DNA of 12,053 nucleotides from a virus (Duplodnaviria; Heunggongvirae; Uroviricota; Caudoviricetes): IMG/VR virus record IMGVR_UViG_2850808358_000011; one strand, 5' to 3'. Shown piece by piece: positions 1 to 7,137 of this stretch (position 1 is its first letter; each line of letters starts with the position of its first letter). The notes under the pieces were generated by a model. It saw only the letters and a program-made list of their open reading frames with translations, ran no database searches and was not told where the DNA came from. The position numbers and the translations under genes were made by a program.

Positions 1-507
1 ATGGCATTACCGTTAAGAGATTATTATCCAGTTACCCGCGCCGCGAATTTACTTGGCTGTGAAGTGAACGATTTGTTCCACTGGGCGAGAAGGGGGTACA
101 TAGAATTATATGCGTATATTGATTCGGCTTGTGGTGTTGTTCACATACATGAGCTTGATTATTTTCTCCCATTTATTGATCAGGAGGTTAGGGGGTGGGT
201 TAAATCGTTGCAAGAAGAATCTTTACGGGCGGGACTGGATGATTTTGTGGATGAAAAAATCAACAGAATAATGGGCGTTTTTTGTAAGTTAAATTACCTG
301 AAAGAAGAAAGAATATACTTGTACTCTCTTTTGAACTTTCTGGCTAAAGGATGGGTTAATACGGGCTTCTGCTGGTTAAAAAATCTTAAACATGAAGCCC
401 AGAAGAGTGTCGAAGATGCCTATTATTTCGAGGATGTATGCGCCGAACATTCTTTTAATCGTGATAGCGAATATATTACAGAAGTGGGCGGTTTTTTTTT
501 CTATTGA
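1..507 (+). CDS. Hypothetical protein, N-terminal segment with HTH-like (excisionase/MerR-type) motif; frame ends right after a T9 tract (possibly one gene with 491..1042)
   Basis: ORF track 1..507; N-terminus YYPVTRAANLLGCEVNDLFHWARRGYI resembles a short HTH; ATG is at window position 1 so the true start may lie upstream; stop at 505-507 follows T run 492-500. Confidence 0.5.
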   Translation: MALPLRDYYPVTRAANLLGCEVNDLFHWARRGYIELYAYIDSACGVVHIHELDYFLPFIDQEVRGWVKSLQEESLRAGLDDFVDEKINRIMGVFCKLNYLKEERIYLYSLLNFLAKGWVNTGFCWLKNLKHEAQKSVEDAYYFEDVCAEHSFNRDSEYITEVGGFFFY

Positions 508-1042
508 ATCTCATAATATACTTGAAGATATTGAATTAAATGGATGTTGTAATTGTTCTGGTGAAAATTTTGAAGGTGTATATAGCGGGCTGTCTGTTTT
601 TCTTCCTCAAAGCAATAATATAAATCTAAACAAAAATAACCTGTTTTTATTCAAAGATGATTTTATCACTCTTAATGATTTCTCTTCTGAAAAAGAGGGT
701 GATACAGGAGAGCAATTGAATAAAAAATATTTATATGGCTATGATATGGAGTCAATATATATTCAATTGAACGAGAAGAATACATTCTTTCAACCCTGCG
801 ATGAGTCGATTAGTAGACAAAATGAGCATAAAAAAGAATTAAACCCTCAGCTTGATAAAAAAACGCGAGTATCCAAAGCAGAAAGAGTATTTATACAATT
901 GGCAATAAAAGAACATTACCATGAGTTTATAGACAGTCCGGGAACCATTGCCAATGTATTCACCGCCTTGTCTAAAAAGCATAAAAACCCTTTCGATTTC
1001 GATAAAAGCACCGTAGGCAGGTGGATTAAAACCGCTCGCTAA
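491..1042 (+). CDS. Hypothetical protein, C-terminal continuation in the other frame (AT-rich, N/K/E-rich, no domain recognised); the ORF track reports this frame as 392..1042
   Basis: The frame of ORF 392..1042 reads through the T9 tract; removing one T would join ...EVGGFF to SIESHNILEDIEL... giving about 346 aa; stop TAA at 1040-1042. Confidence 0.45.
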   Translation, partial: VFFSIESHNILEDIELNGCCNCSGENFEGVYSGLSVFLPQSNNINLNKNNLFLFKDDFITLNDFSSEKEGDTGEQLNKKYLYGYDMESIYIQLNEKNTFFQPCDESISRQNEHKKELNPQLDKKTRVSKAERVFIQLAIKEHYHEFIDSPGTIANVFTALSKKHKNPFDFDKSTVGRWIKTAR

Positions 1043-1079
1043 CTATTTTTTAACAATTCAGGGCTTAATAAGTCTATTT

Positions 1080-1098
1080 GAGGGCTTATTAAGCCCTC
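1080..1098 (+). terminator. Palindromic hairpin GAGGGCTTA-T-TAAGCCCTC downstream of the first gene, followed by a T-rich stretch
   Basis: Perfect 9-nt inverted repeat read directly; downstream tccttcttgctttgtg is T-rich but interrupted, so a weak intrinsic terminator at best. Confidence 0.35.
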
Positions 1099-1168
1099 TC
1101 CTTCTTGCTTTGTGCGGATTGCCTGGGGAAAAATCATTCCCGAAAAGTTCAGAGCACGGGAGAAAAAC

Positions 1169-1489
1169 ATGACTCAATCCGCATTCATTCCACCAACTCC
1201 AGAACAGCGCCGCACCATACTCGCCGAGTATGGTTTTGACTGCGAAGAACGCATCAGGGAAGAGAAGTGTAAAAAAATGACCACGCTTTCACGCTCCCGG
1301 CGCTGGGAACTGGAGAAGATCGGTGCTTTTCCTCCTCGTCACTCTTTGGGGCGTTGCTCATGTACTTGGCTGTTAAGTGATGTTTTGTGGTGGCTGCGTA
1401 ATCCGCCAGTTATTGCCAAAGTGAATAACCCATACGAAAACGCCAAAAAGAAAAGGGAGAGGGAATCCGGTAGCGCCAGAGTTGAATAA
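1169..1489 (+). CDS. AlpA-family phage transcriptional regulator (DNA-binding, excisionase-like)
   Basis: MTTLSRSRRWELEKIGAFPPRHSLGRCSCTWLLSDVLWWL matches the remembered AlpA pattern (HTH then FP-P-x-LG-x-W-x-VxxWL); RBS GGGAGA 6 nt before ATG 1169. Alternative start at ATG 1277 is possible. Confidence 0.6.
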   Translation: MTQSAFIPPTPEQRRTILAEYGFDCEERIREEKCKKMTTLSRSRRWELEKIGAFPPRHSLGRCSCTWLLSDVLWWLRNPPVIAKVNNPYENAKKKRERESGSARVE

Positions 1490-1505
1490 GCCCGGGCGGC
1501 TTATT
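1485..1505 (+). other. Stem-loop AATAAGCC-cgggc-GGCTTATT overlapping the stop codon of the AlpA-like gene
   Basis: 8-bp perfect stem, 5-nt loop; no T-run after it; shares the GGCTTATT core with the hairpin at 1080-1098. Confidence 0.35.
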
Positions 1506-1590
1506 GCAGCCCATCACTTGGCGGCAAAACTTACTGATGCGAACACATTGCTACATGTGGGGGGAGGAGGCCGGGTACTGACAGCAGAGC

Positions 1591-1620
1591 AAAAAAAGAA
1601 GCTCGCTAAAGATAGCGAGC
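1591..1620 (-). terminator. Intrinsic terminator on the minus strand (hairpin GCTCGCTA-aaga-TAGCGAGC followed by a T-run when read on the minus strand)
   Basis: 8-bp perfect stem at 1601-1620; plus-strand A-run 1591-1600 becomes TTCTTTTTTT immediately 3' of the hairpin on the minus strand. Confidence 0.4.
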
Positions 1621-1682
1621 CAACCAGTCAAGGATGCGCATTTAGTGCACCTGAAACCAACAATAAGAAACAATAGGCAGAA

Positions 1683-2210
1683 ATGATTATGGCTTTTTTA
1701 CTCTTTAAAATCAATCACTCAGCGCAAGTGAGCAAAAATAATTTGCAATATTGCTTGACTCGCTTTTTTGTCATGGCGTATCGTTTGCCCGCACCTCATA
1801 AAGCGGGTGCCGGGTTTAGCAGCCTGAACAATCAAGCGGGTAGCCGCTATATTTCCGTAATGCGGTTTTTTTGTGCCCGTAATTCCACCCTACCCCGTAT
1901 TATGGCGGGGCGTAATGGGGGAGCCTTTGCGCTCGCTGGTTCCTTGATTGCCAGTCTGCTAACCCTGTTACGTCCCGCCACCATGTTTAGCAGCGTGCTG
2001 GCGAGACTCCGTAAACTTAATCAAGGAGCCGCCAAAATGGCTATATCAACACGCCCTGATTTTATCTGGCGCTTTATGCAGTGCCACGGTAAAAATATTC
2101 GCCTTCATACCGTTACCGCTGCCAGTGAGCGCGAAGCGCGCGCCATGCTTCCGGCATCCCGTCTGGTCTTTGTTGCCCGTATCCGTGTCCGGGAGGCGTG
2201 CCATGTTTAA
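1683..2210 (+). CDS. Hypothetical protein, start uncertain; C-terminal part resembles short Icd-like/P4-type island proteins from memory only
   Basis: ORF track 1683..2210; stop TAA 2208-2210 overlaps the next ATG (2203). No convincing RBS at 1683 or at internal ATGs (1773, 1860, 1902); the candidate promoter at 1755-1784 would start transcription downstream of 1683. Confidence 0.4.
   Translation: MIMAFLLFKINHSAQVSKNNLQYCLTRFFVMAYRLPAPHKAGAGFSSLNNQAGSRYISVMRFFCARNSTLPRIMAGRNGGAFALAGSLIASLLTLLRPATMFSSVLARLRKLNQGAAKMAISTRPDFIWRFMQCHGKNIRLHTVTAASEREARAMLPASRLVFVARIRVREACHV
1755..1784 (+). promoter_or_regulatory. Candidate sigma70 promoter TTGACT-N18-TATCGT for the small-gene operon
   Basis: Read directly; strong -35 hexamer, moderate -10. 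No experimental support. Confidence 0.25.
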
Positions 2211-2385
2211 GCTCCTTATCACCCTGATTAACTACCAGAACGGCGACGTTCGCCAGATGATTCATTCCTGGGAATATCCGACTTATGACGATGCATGGCG
2301 TGATGCCTGTCGCATGGCATATTCCCGCAATGACAAACATGGGCGATTAACCCACAAATGCGCAGTAAAAATCATGGAGGGGTAA
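2203..2385 (+). CDS. Small hypothetical protein (60 aa)
   Basis: ATG 2203 with RBS GGGAGG 6 nt upstream; overlaps the upstream stop by 8 nt (translational coupling); sits inside ORF track entry 2125..2385. Confidence 0.5.
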   Translation: MFKLLITLINYQNGDVRQMIHSWEYPTYDDAWRDACRMAYSRNDKHGRLTHKCAVKIMEG

Positions 2386-2387
2386 CG

Positions 2388-2576
2388 ATGTACGAGATTC
2401 ATATTAAATTGCGTAATGTGGTAACAGGAGAGGAAGAAAACTTCCACACGATACGTAAATATAAATCAAAAGGAAAAGCAGTAAGGGGCGCTATCAGGTA
2501 TGTGGAAGAAATTGCGCCAAAATATCAATTGCCAGAAGAAGAACTCACAGCATCAGTGGTAAAGGTGAAGAAATGA
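2388..2576 (+). CDS. Small hypothetical protein (62 aa)
   Basis: ATG 2388 preceded by GGAGGGG; starts 3 nt after the previous stop; sits inside ORF track entry 2358..2576. Confidence 0.5.
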   Translation: MYEIHIKLRNVVTGEEENFHTIRKYKSKGKAVRGAIRYVEEIAPKYQLPEEELTASVVKVKK

Positions 2577-2791
2577 AAAGCCGTTCAATATCCCGTAAAA
2601 ATAATGGCAGTGGTGAAAAACGTTTCTTTGTGTTGGGTTATGCCGTTAATAAACGTGGGTTAACCAAACATGCACATGCAACGGTATACGGAACGGGACC
2701 GGGCGAAGCCATACGCCGCGCAGCCGAAGGACTGGAAGAGCTGGGAATGACTCACTTTAAGGCGTTAAAGGTGACGCAGCTTTCCGCCTGA
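2573..2791 (+). CDS. Small hypothetical protein (72 aa)
   Basis: ATGA start/stop overlap with the previous gene at 2573-2576; RBS GGTGA upstream. Confidence 0.5.
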   Translation: MKSRSISRKNNGSGEKRFFVLGYAVNKRGLTKHAHATVYGTGPGEAIRRAAEGLEELGMTHFKALKVTQLSA

Positions 2792-2860
2792 TTCCCGAAT
2801 TACCAACTGATAACTGAATTAATTTGATATTTCGGCCTTAACGGGTCGGGGAGTTTTTTT

Positions 2861-3160
2861 ATGTCTGAGCGTCAGAACAGAGAAAATATTTTAGATAGAG
2901 AATATGCTGGCTTTTTTACAGAAAGTGCAAAGGAAGATCTCACAGATGTGATTAATCTCGTCAGTTTAATATCTGTCGTTTTTGGCGATAAAAATGGCGG
3001 AGCATCAGCAGAAATTATAAATGAAGAAATTGTATCTCTGTCTAACATTATTTATAGGGAGTTACAAACAATTAAATCTGGTATGCATTTATCCGGCGGA
3101 ATTTTTTCATGGCATAGCGCCGAAAAGGCCGGGATTGCTAAAGCAATAAGTAATGAATGA
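2861..3160 (+). CDS. Hypothetical acidic 99-aa protein, AT-rich, apparently its own transcription unit
   Basis: RBS GGGGAG plus T7 spacer before ATG 2861; followed by a 10-bp perfect hairpin; lower GC than its neighbours. Confidence 0.55.
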   Translation: MSERQNRENILDREYAGFFTESAKEDLTDVINLVSLISVVFGDKNGGASAEIINEEIVSLSNIIYRELQTIKSGMHLSGGIFSWHSAEKAGIAKAISNE

Positions 3161-3169
3161 TTAATAAAA

Positions 3170-3198
3170 CCCCACTGCAAAAGGTGCAGTGGGGTGGA
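3170..3198 (+). terminator. Stem-loop CCCCACTGCA-aaagg-TGCAGTGGGG followed by a short T-run
   Basis: Perfect 10-bp stem read directly (3170-3179 pairs with 3185-3194); the following TGGAGTTTT also supplies the GGAG of the next RBS. Confidence 0.5.
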
Positions 3199-3207
3199 GT
3201 TTTATAT

Positions 3208-3519
3208 ATGAAATCTGACATCAGAAAAGAGATTATTAATCGTCTTATCCGTGATTACAACTTCAAAGAAGAAAATAACTACCTTCGGTATGGTGTTTGT
3301 CCGCAGTGTGGAAAGAAAGAGCTGTTTACCAGCCTTGAAAGGCCGTACATCGTACACTGCGGGCGTGAAAATAAATGCGGTACAGACCTGCTGACCAAAG
3401 AACTTTACCCGGATGTGTTTTCATCATGGTCAGATCGTTATATCAGCACGAAAGATGAGCCATATGCAGCGGCGGCAGCTTATCTTCAGGAAGCGCGCAA
3501 TATTGCTGTGGGCCACTGA
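3208..3519 (+). CDS. Primase N-terminal zinc-ribbon segment (CPQCG...HCGRENKCG); probably the 5' part of the downstream primase gene, separated by a 1-nt frameshift
   Basis: ATG 3208 with GGAG 8 nt upstream; Cys-x2-Cys...His-Cys...Cys motif; frame stops at 3517-3519, but the downstream gene's frame is open from 3375. Confidence 0.6.
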   Translation: MKSDIRKEIINRLIRDYNFKEENNYLRYGVCPQCGKKELFTSLERPYIVHCGRENKCGTDLLTKELYPDVFSSWSDRYISTKDEPYAAAAAYLQEARNIAVGH

Positions 3520-3578
3520 AGGGCGCATTTACTCAGGAGCGATACCAGGACAAGGAAAACGGCGAACAGGCCGCTACT

Positions 3579-5876
3579 GTGCGTTTTACGCTGGCTGACG
3601 GCGTGTGGTGGGAGCGCATCATAGACCGACCGGGACGCTTCGCGCGCAAGGCGAATTTTTCCGGCAGCTACAAGGGGTTGTGGTGGGCTTATCCGGGAGC
3701 AGATTTAAGCAAGGCCAAAGAAATCTGGATTTGTGAGGGCATCTTTGATGCCATCAGCCTTAACCAGAATGGCATTGCGGCCGTTTCTGTCATGTCTGCC
3801 GTGAACTACCCTGATAAGGCGCTGGAAGAGCTGGCGAAGCTGTGCGGGGATAATCCCCGTCCGGTTATTGTGTGGGCCCTGGATAACGGGCGTGCGGGTG
3901 AACGTTACGCGAAAAAACATGCAGAACGCAGCGCCGAAGACGGCTGGAGAACGGCAGCGGCGTTGCCAGGTAAAAACAACAATAAACGCGACTGGAATGA
4001 TTTACACATCGCCGGAAAGCTGCGTGGCCATGATGTGAAAAGATACCGTTATTACGGTGATTTATTGCTGGCGAAATCTCCAAGAGATAAGGCACTAATA
4101 ATGTTTTCCTTTCGTGAGCGGAAGGAATTTCATTTTACTTTTGATAACCGTGTTTTCTGGTTCAAACTGGATATTGAGCGCCATATGAAGGCTGTTGAAC
4201 GCGTCATAAATGAGCGAAATGTTGACGAAGATGAAGCTCGCAAAATTGCACTTAAGGAATCCGGCGCTGTAAAAGAAATCGCAAACTGTAACCCGGCGCC
4301 GCTTTATTACATTCGAAACAATGACACGGATGAAGCATGGTATTACTTCCGTGTTACGTTCCCGGATGGTGCTACGGTGAAAAACACCTTTACATCAGGA
4401 CAATTAACATCCGCATCTGAATTTAAAAAACGCCTGTTGCATGTGGCAAAAGGCGGTATTTATACCGGAACGACTGCGCACCTTGATGCATTAATAAAAA
4501 ATGACCTTCCCGCAATAAAAAATGTTATCGGTCAGGATTTTATCGGATACAACAAAGAGATTGGCGCGTGGCTGTTTAATGATGTCGCGGTTTGTAATGG
4601 TAAAACCTACGAAATCAATGAAGAGGATTATTTTGAAATTGATGGCATAAACGCAAAACCATTGAATAAAAAACCAATATTGCAGATTAACTATAAAAAA
4701 CCGGATGAATTTACAATATCCTGGGTGGAAGATCTCTGGCTGGCGTTTGGTGAAAAGGGAATTATTACCCTGGCCTTCTGGCTGGGTTCGTTGTTCAGCG
4801 AACAAATCAGGCAGAAAAACGCATCTTACCCCTTTCTTGAGATTACCGGAGAGCCTGGAACGGGTAAAACAACACTGATTGATTTTTGCTGGCGTTTGTG
4901 TGGCCGCGACAACTATGAAGGTGTTGATCCAACCAAAGGATCGGAATCAGGCTGGAAGCGAACTTTTGGACAAGTCGCCGGATTACCTGTTGTTCTGATT
5001 GAAGCCGACCGGGGGGACAATGCGCAAAAAAGAGGTGCATTTGACTTTGATAACCTAAAAAGCCTCTATAACGGCGGTGGTATTGGGGTACGTGGTGTTA
5101 AAACTAATGATAACGCCACATATGACCCCGTTTTTAAAGGGGCTGTCGTGATTGCGCAGAATGCCACGGTAAGCGCCTCATCGGCAATTATCGAGCGTCT
5201 GGTACGTATATACACCGATAAAAAACGCCACTCACCAGATAGCCGACTGGCAGCAAAACGGCTGGAGCTTTACCCCGTTGAACAGGTATCAGGTTTTATC
5301 CATCGGGCAGTAAGCCAGGAGCGGGCGATTATGGATTTGTTTATGGCACTCTCGGATCCTGAAACAACCCGCCTTTACAGTTGCGAAAATATTCGCCATC
5401 AGCGTATTGCCAAAAATCACGCGCAACTAATTGCACTGGTCAGGGCGCTGAAATGCGTTATTGATATCCCGGATGAATGGCTTGATGCCACATGCCTGGA
5501 ACTGGAGCGAATGGCAGAGGAACAGGCTAAAGCGGTAATGGATGACTTGCCGGAAGTGATGGCGTTCTGGGAGGCGTTCGACTATCTGGACGGCATAACA
5601 GCATACGGCGTAAATCATTTTGGCAAGGGACGGCAGAATGAGTTTGCCGTCAGTATCCCGCAACTTGAGCAGGTTGCCGCCGTTCACCATGTGAAGATCC
5701 AAACCAATCCCGAAATGATAAAGCTTCTCAGGGCTGGCCGTTCTCGATCGCTGATTGGATACAAGTCCGTCCGTAGCGAGGTATCCAGACAGGCGAACGC
5801 CGGGAGGGGGATAGCCGAGGCCAAAGAGAAGGAGGTATTGAAATGCTGGATATTTAGTAACAAGGAGGGGGCTTAA
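3579..5876 (+). CDS. P4-alpha-type DNA primase/helicase (Toprim-like N-terminal region plus Walker A NTPase)
   Basis: 765-aa ORF from GTG 3579; WICEGIFDAISL and VIVWALDNGRAGE fit a Toprim primase core; Walker A GEPGTGKTT; size and layout resemble P4 alpha. The frame is open upstream to 3375, so the true protein probably continues from the zinc-ribbon segment. Confidence 0.85.
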   Translation: MRFTLADGVWWERIIDRPGRFARKANFSGSYKGLWWAYPGADLSKAKEIWICEGIFDAISLNQNGIAAVSVMSAVNYPDKALEELAKLCGDNPRPVIVWALDNGRAGERYAKKHAERSAEDGWRTAAALPGKNNNKRDWNDLHIAGKLRGHDVKRYRYYGDLLLAKSPRDKALIMFSFRERKEFHFTFDNRVFWFKLDIERHMKAVERVINERNVDEDEARKIALKESGAVKEIANCNPAPLYYIRNNDTDEAWYYFRVTFPDGATVKNTFTSGQLTSASEFKKRLLHVAKGGIYTGTTAHLDALIKNDLPAIKNVIGQDFIGYNKEIGAWLFNDVAVCNGKTYEINEEDYFEIDGINAKPLNKKPILQINYKKPDEFTISWVEDLWLAFGEKGIITLAFWLGSLFSEQIRQKNASYPFLEITGEPGTGKTTLIDFCWRLCGRDNYEGVDPTKGSESGWKRTFGQVAGLPVVLIEADRGDNAQKRGAFDFDNLKSLYNGGGIGVRGVKTNDNATYDPVFKGAVVIAQNATVSASSAIIERLVRIYTDKKRHSPDSRLAAKRLELYPVEQVSGFIHRAVSQERAIMDLFMALSDPETTRLYSCENIRHQRIAKNHAQLIALVRALKCVIDIPDEWLDATCLELERMAEEQAKAVMDDLPEVMAFWEAFDYLDGITAYGVNHFGKGRQNEFAVSIPQLEQVAAVHHVKIQTNPEMIKLLRAGRSRSLIGYKSVRSEVSRQANAGRGIAEAKEKEVLKCWIFSNKEGA

Positions 5877-5878
5877 GT

Positions 5879-6880
5879 ATGTCGATCAGAAAGATGGATG
5901 ATGGGCGATGGCTGCTCGATATCAGGCCCCAAGGGGCGTACGGCAAACGGATACGTAAAATTTTTATCAGGAAAGGGGGTGCAGAGGCCTTCGAACAATA
6001 TATTTTACGGAATTTCCATAACAACCCATGGCTGGCTAAACCTGCTGATCGGCGGCGATTATCAGAGCTGCTTGATACATGGTGGATGCTTGATGGCCGT
6101 AACCAGGCTTACGGTGATACCTACAGGATCCGGCTGGAGAAAGTGATTCGTGAAATGGGAGATCCGCGCGTCAGCCAGATGACGCAAAAATTTATGCTTG
6201 AGTATCGGTCAGAGAAATTACAGGCCGGCTTAATGCCATCCAGCATTAATCGTGACTTGTGCGTTCTGTCCACCATGTTCACGGTGCTGATTGAAGCTGA
6301 GGTCTTTCACAACCCGAACCCCGTGCGCAGTATACGCAAACTAAAAATTCAGAATACAGAAATGGCCTTTCTTTCTGATGATGAGATTGAACTGCTTCTT
6401 GAACGACTGGAGGGTGATGCGCGTCGTGTTGCTATTCTGTGTCTTTCCACGGGGGCGCGGTGGGGTGAGGCGGCGGAATTACGCGGGGAGCATATCGTCG
6501 GTAATCGCGTGACGTTCTTCAACACCAAGAACGGGAAGTCCCGTTCGGTTCCGGTGTCTGATGCCGTGCTCTCGCTGATCAAAACCCGCCGAACCGGGCC
6601 GCTGTACGAGGTCGATTATCTCCGGTTTCGCGAGATCCTCCAGGAGGTGAAGCCTGATTTGCCAAAAGGGCAGGCGACTCATGTGATGCGTCATACGTTC
6701 GCCACGCATTTCATGATGAACGGGGGAAACATCGTTACCCTGCAACGGATTCTGGGACATGCCACTATTCAGCAAACGATGACTTATGCGCATTTTTCTC
6801 CCGACTATCTGGCAGATGCCATGAGGTTTAACCCGATAGCTAACATGGAATTCACTGAACAAAAAGAGCCAGCAGAGTAA
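5879..6880 (+). CDS. int: Tyrosine recombinase / phage-type integrase
   Basis: 333 aa; box I STGARWGEAAELRGEHI; box II HVMRHTFATHF...LGHATIQQTMTYAHF carrying the conserved R, H-x-x-R, H and catalytic Y; strong RBS AGGAGGGGG inside the primase 3' end; starts 2 bp after the primase stop. Confidence 0.9.
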   Translation: MSIRKMDDGRWLLDIRPQGAYGKRIRKIFIRKGGAEAFEQYILRNFHNNPWLAKPADRRRLSELLDTWWMLDGRNQAYGDTYRIRLEKVIREMGDPRVSQMTQKFMLEYRSEKLQAGLMPSSINRDLCVLSTMFTVLIEAEVFHNPNPVRSIRKLKIQNTEMAFLSDDEIELLLERLEGDARRVAILCLSTGARWGEAAELRGEHIVGNRVTFFNTKNGKSRSVPVSDAVLSLIKTRRTGPLYEVDYLRFREILQEVKPDLPKGQATHVMRHTFATHFMMNGGNIVTLQRILGHATIQQTMTYAHFSPDYLADAMRFNPIANMEFTEQKEPAE

Positions 6881-6910
6881 CCCGCAGAACACTACATTCA
6901 CAGCAAAAGA

Positions 6911-6936
6911 GGTCAGTTTTCCACTGGCCTTTTTTG
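6911..6936 (+). terminator. Candidate intrinsic terminator after the integrase (GGTCAG-ttttcca-CTGGCC then T6)
   Basis: 6-bp stem with one G-T wobble, followed directly by TTTTTT; lies 30 nt downstream of the integrase stop. Confidence 0.45.
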
Positions 6937-6965
6937 TTGGCCAAAGCCAACGGTAACAACAATGC

Positions 6966-7006
6966 GATGGCGGCCATATTGCAGCGGTACCGCCATCAAT
7001 TTTTTT
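6966..7006 (+). terminator. Second hairpin (GATGGCGG ... CCGCCATC) followed by T7
   Basis: 8-bp perfect inverted repeat with a 16-nt loop, then AATTTTTTT; the large loop lowers confidence. Confidence 0.35.
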
Positions 7007-7137
7007 GCCCTCCTTTCCTGATTATCAGAAAGAGTTAAACAGCAGTGAGATACATTTTAATCACAGAGAGTTAACGAGAGTGAGACAGAGTAAGTGTATT
7101 TAATTAACATTTTAAAGGGTCGCGCTAAAGTCCGGGG

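Noticed and set aside
1482-1676. ORF 1482..1676 (+, 64 aa)
   Set aside because: Starts with TTG inside the hairpin at the AlpA-like stop, has no RBS and spans the minus-strand terminator; more likely non-coding.
2113-2340. Minus-strand ORF 2113..2340 and the upstream extensions of ORFs 2125..2385 and 2358..2576
   Set aside because: Internal ATGs with good RBSs and stop/start coupling on the plus strand (2203, 2388) explain the region better.
3705-5702. Minus-strand ORFs inside the primase gene (3705..3920, 3865..4095, 4491..4805, 4843..5040, 5427..5702)
   Set aside because: They lie entirely within the long, motif-supported primase frame on the opposite strand, have no RBS and have odd composition; treated as antisense artefacts.
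5898-6901. ORFs 5898..6146 (+), 6349..6582 (-) and 6479..6901 (-) overlapping the integrase
   Set aside because: They are alternative frames of a gene with clear catalytic motifs; Ser/Arg-rich, low-complexity translations typical of off-frame reading of GC-rich sequence.
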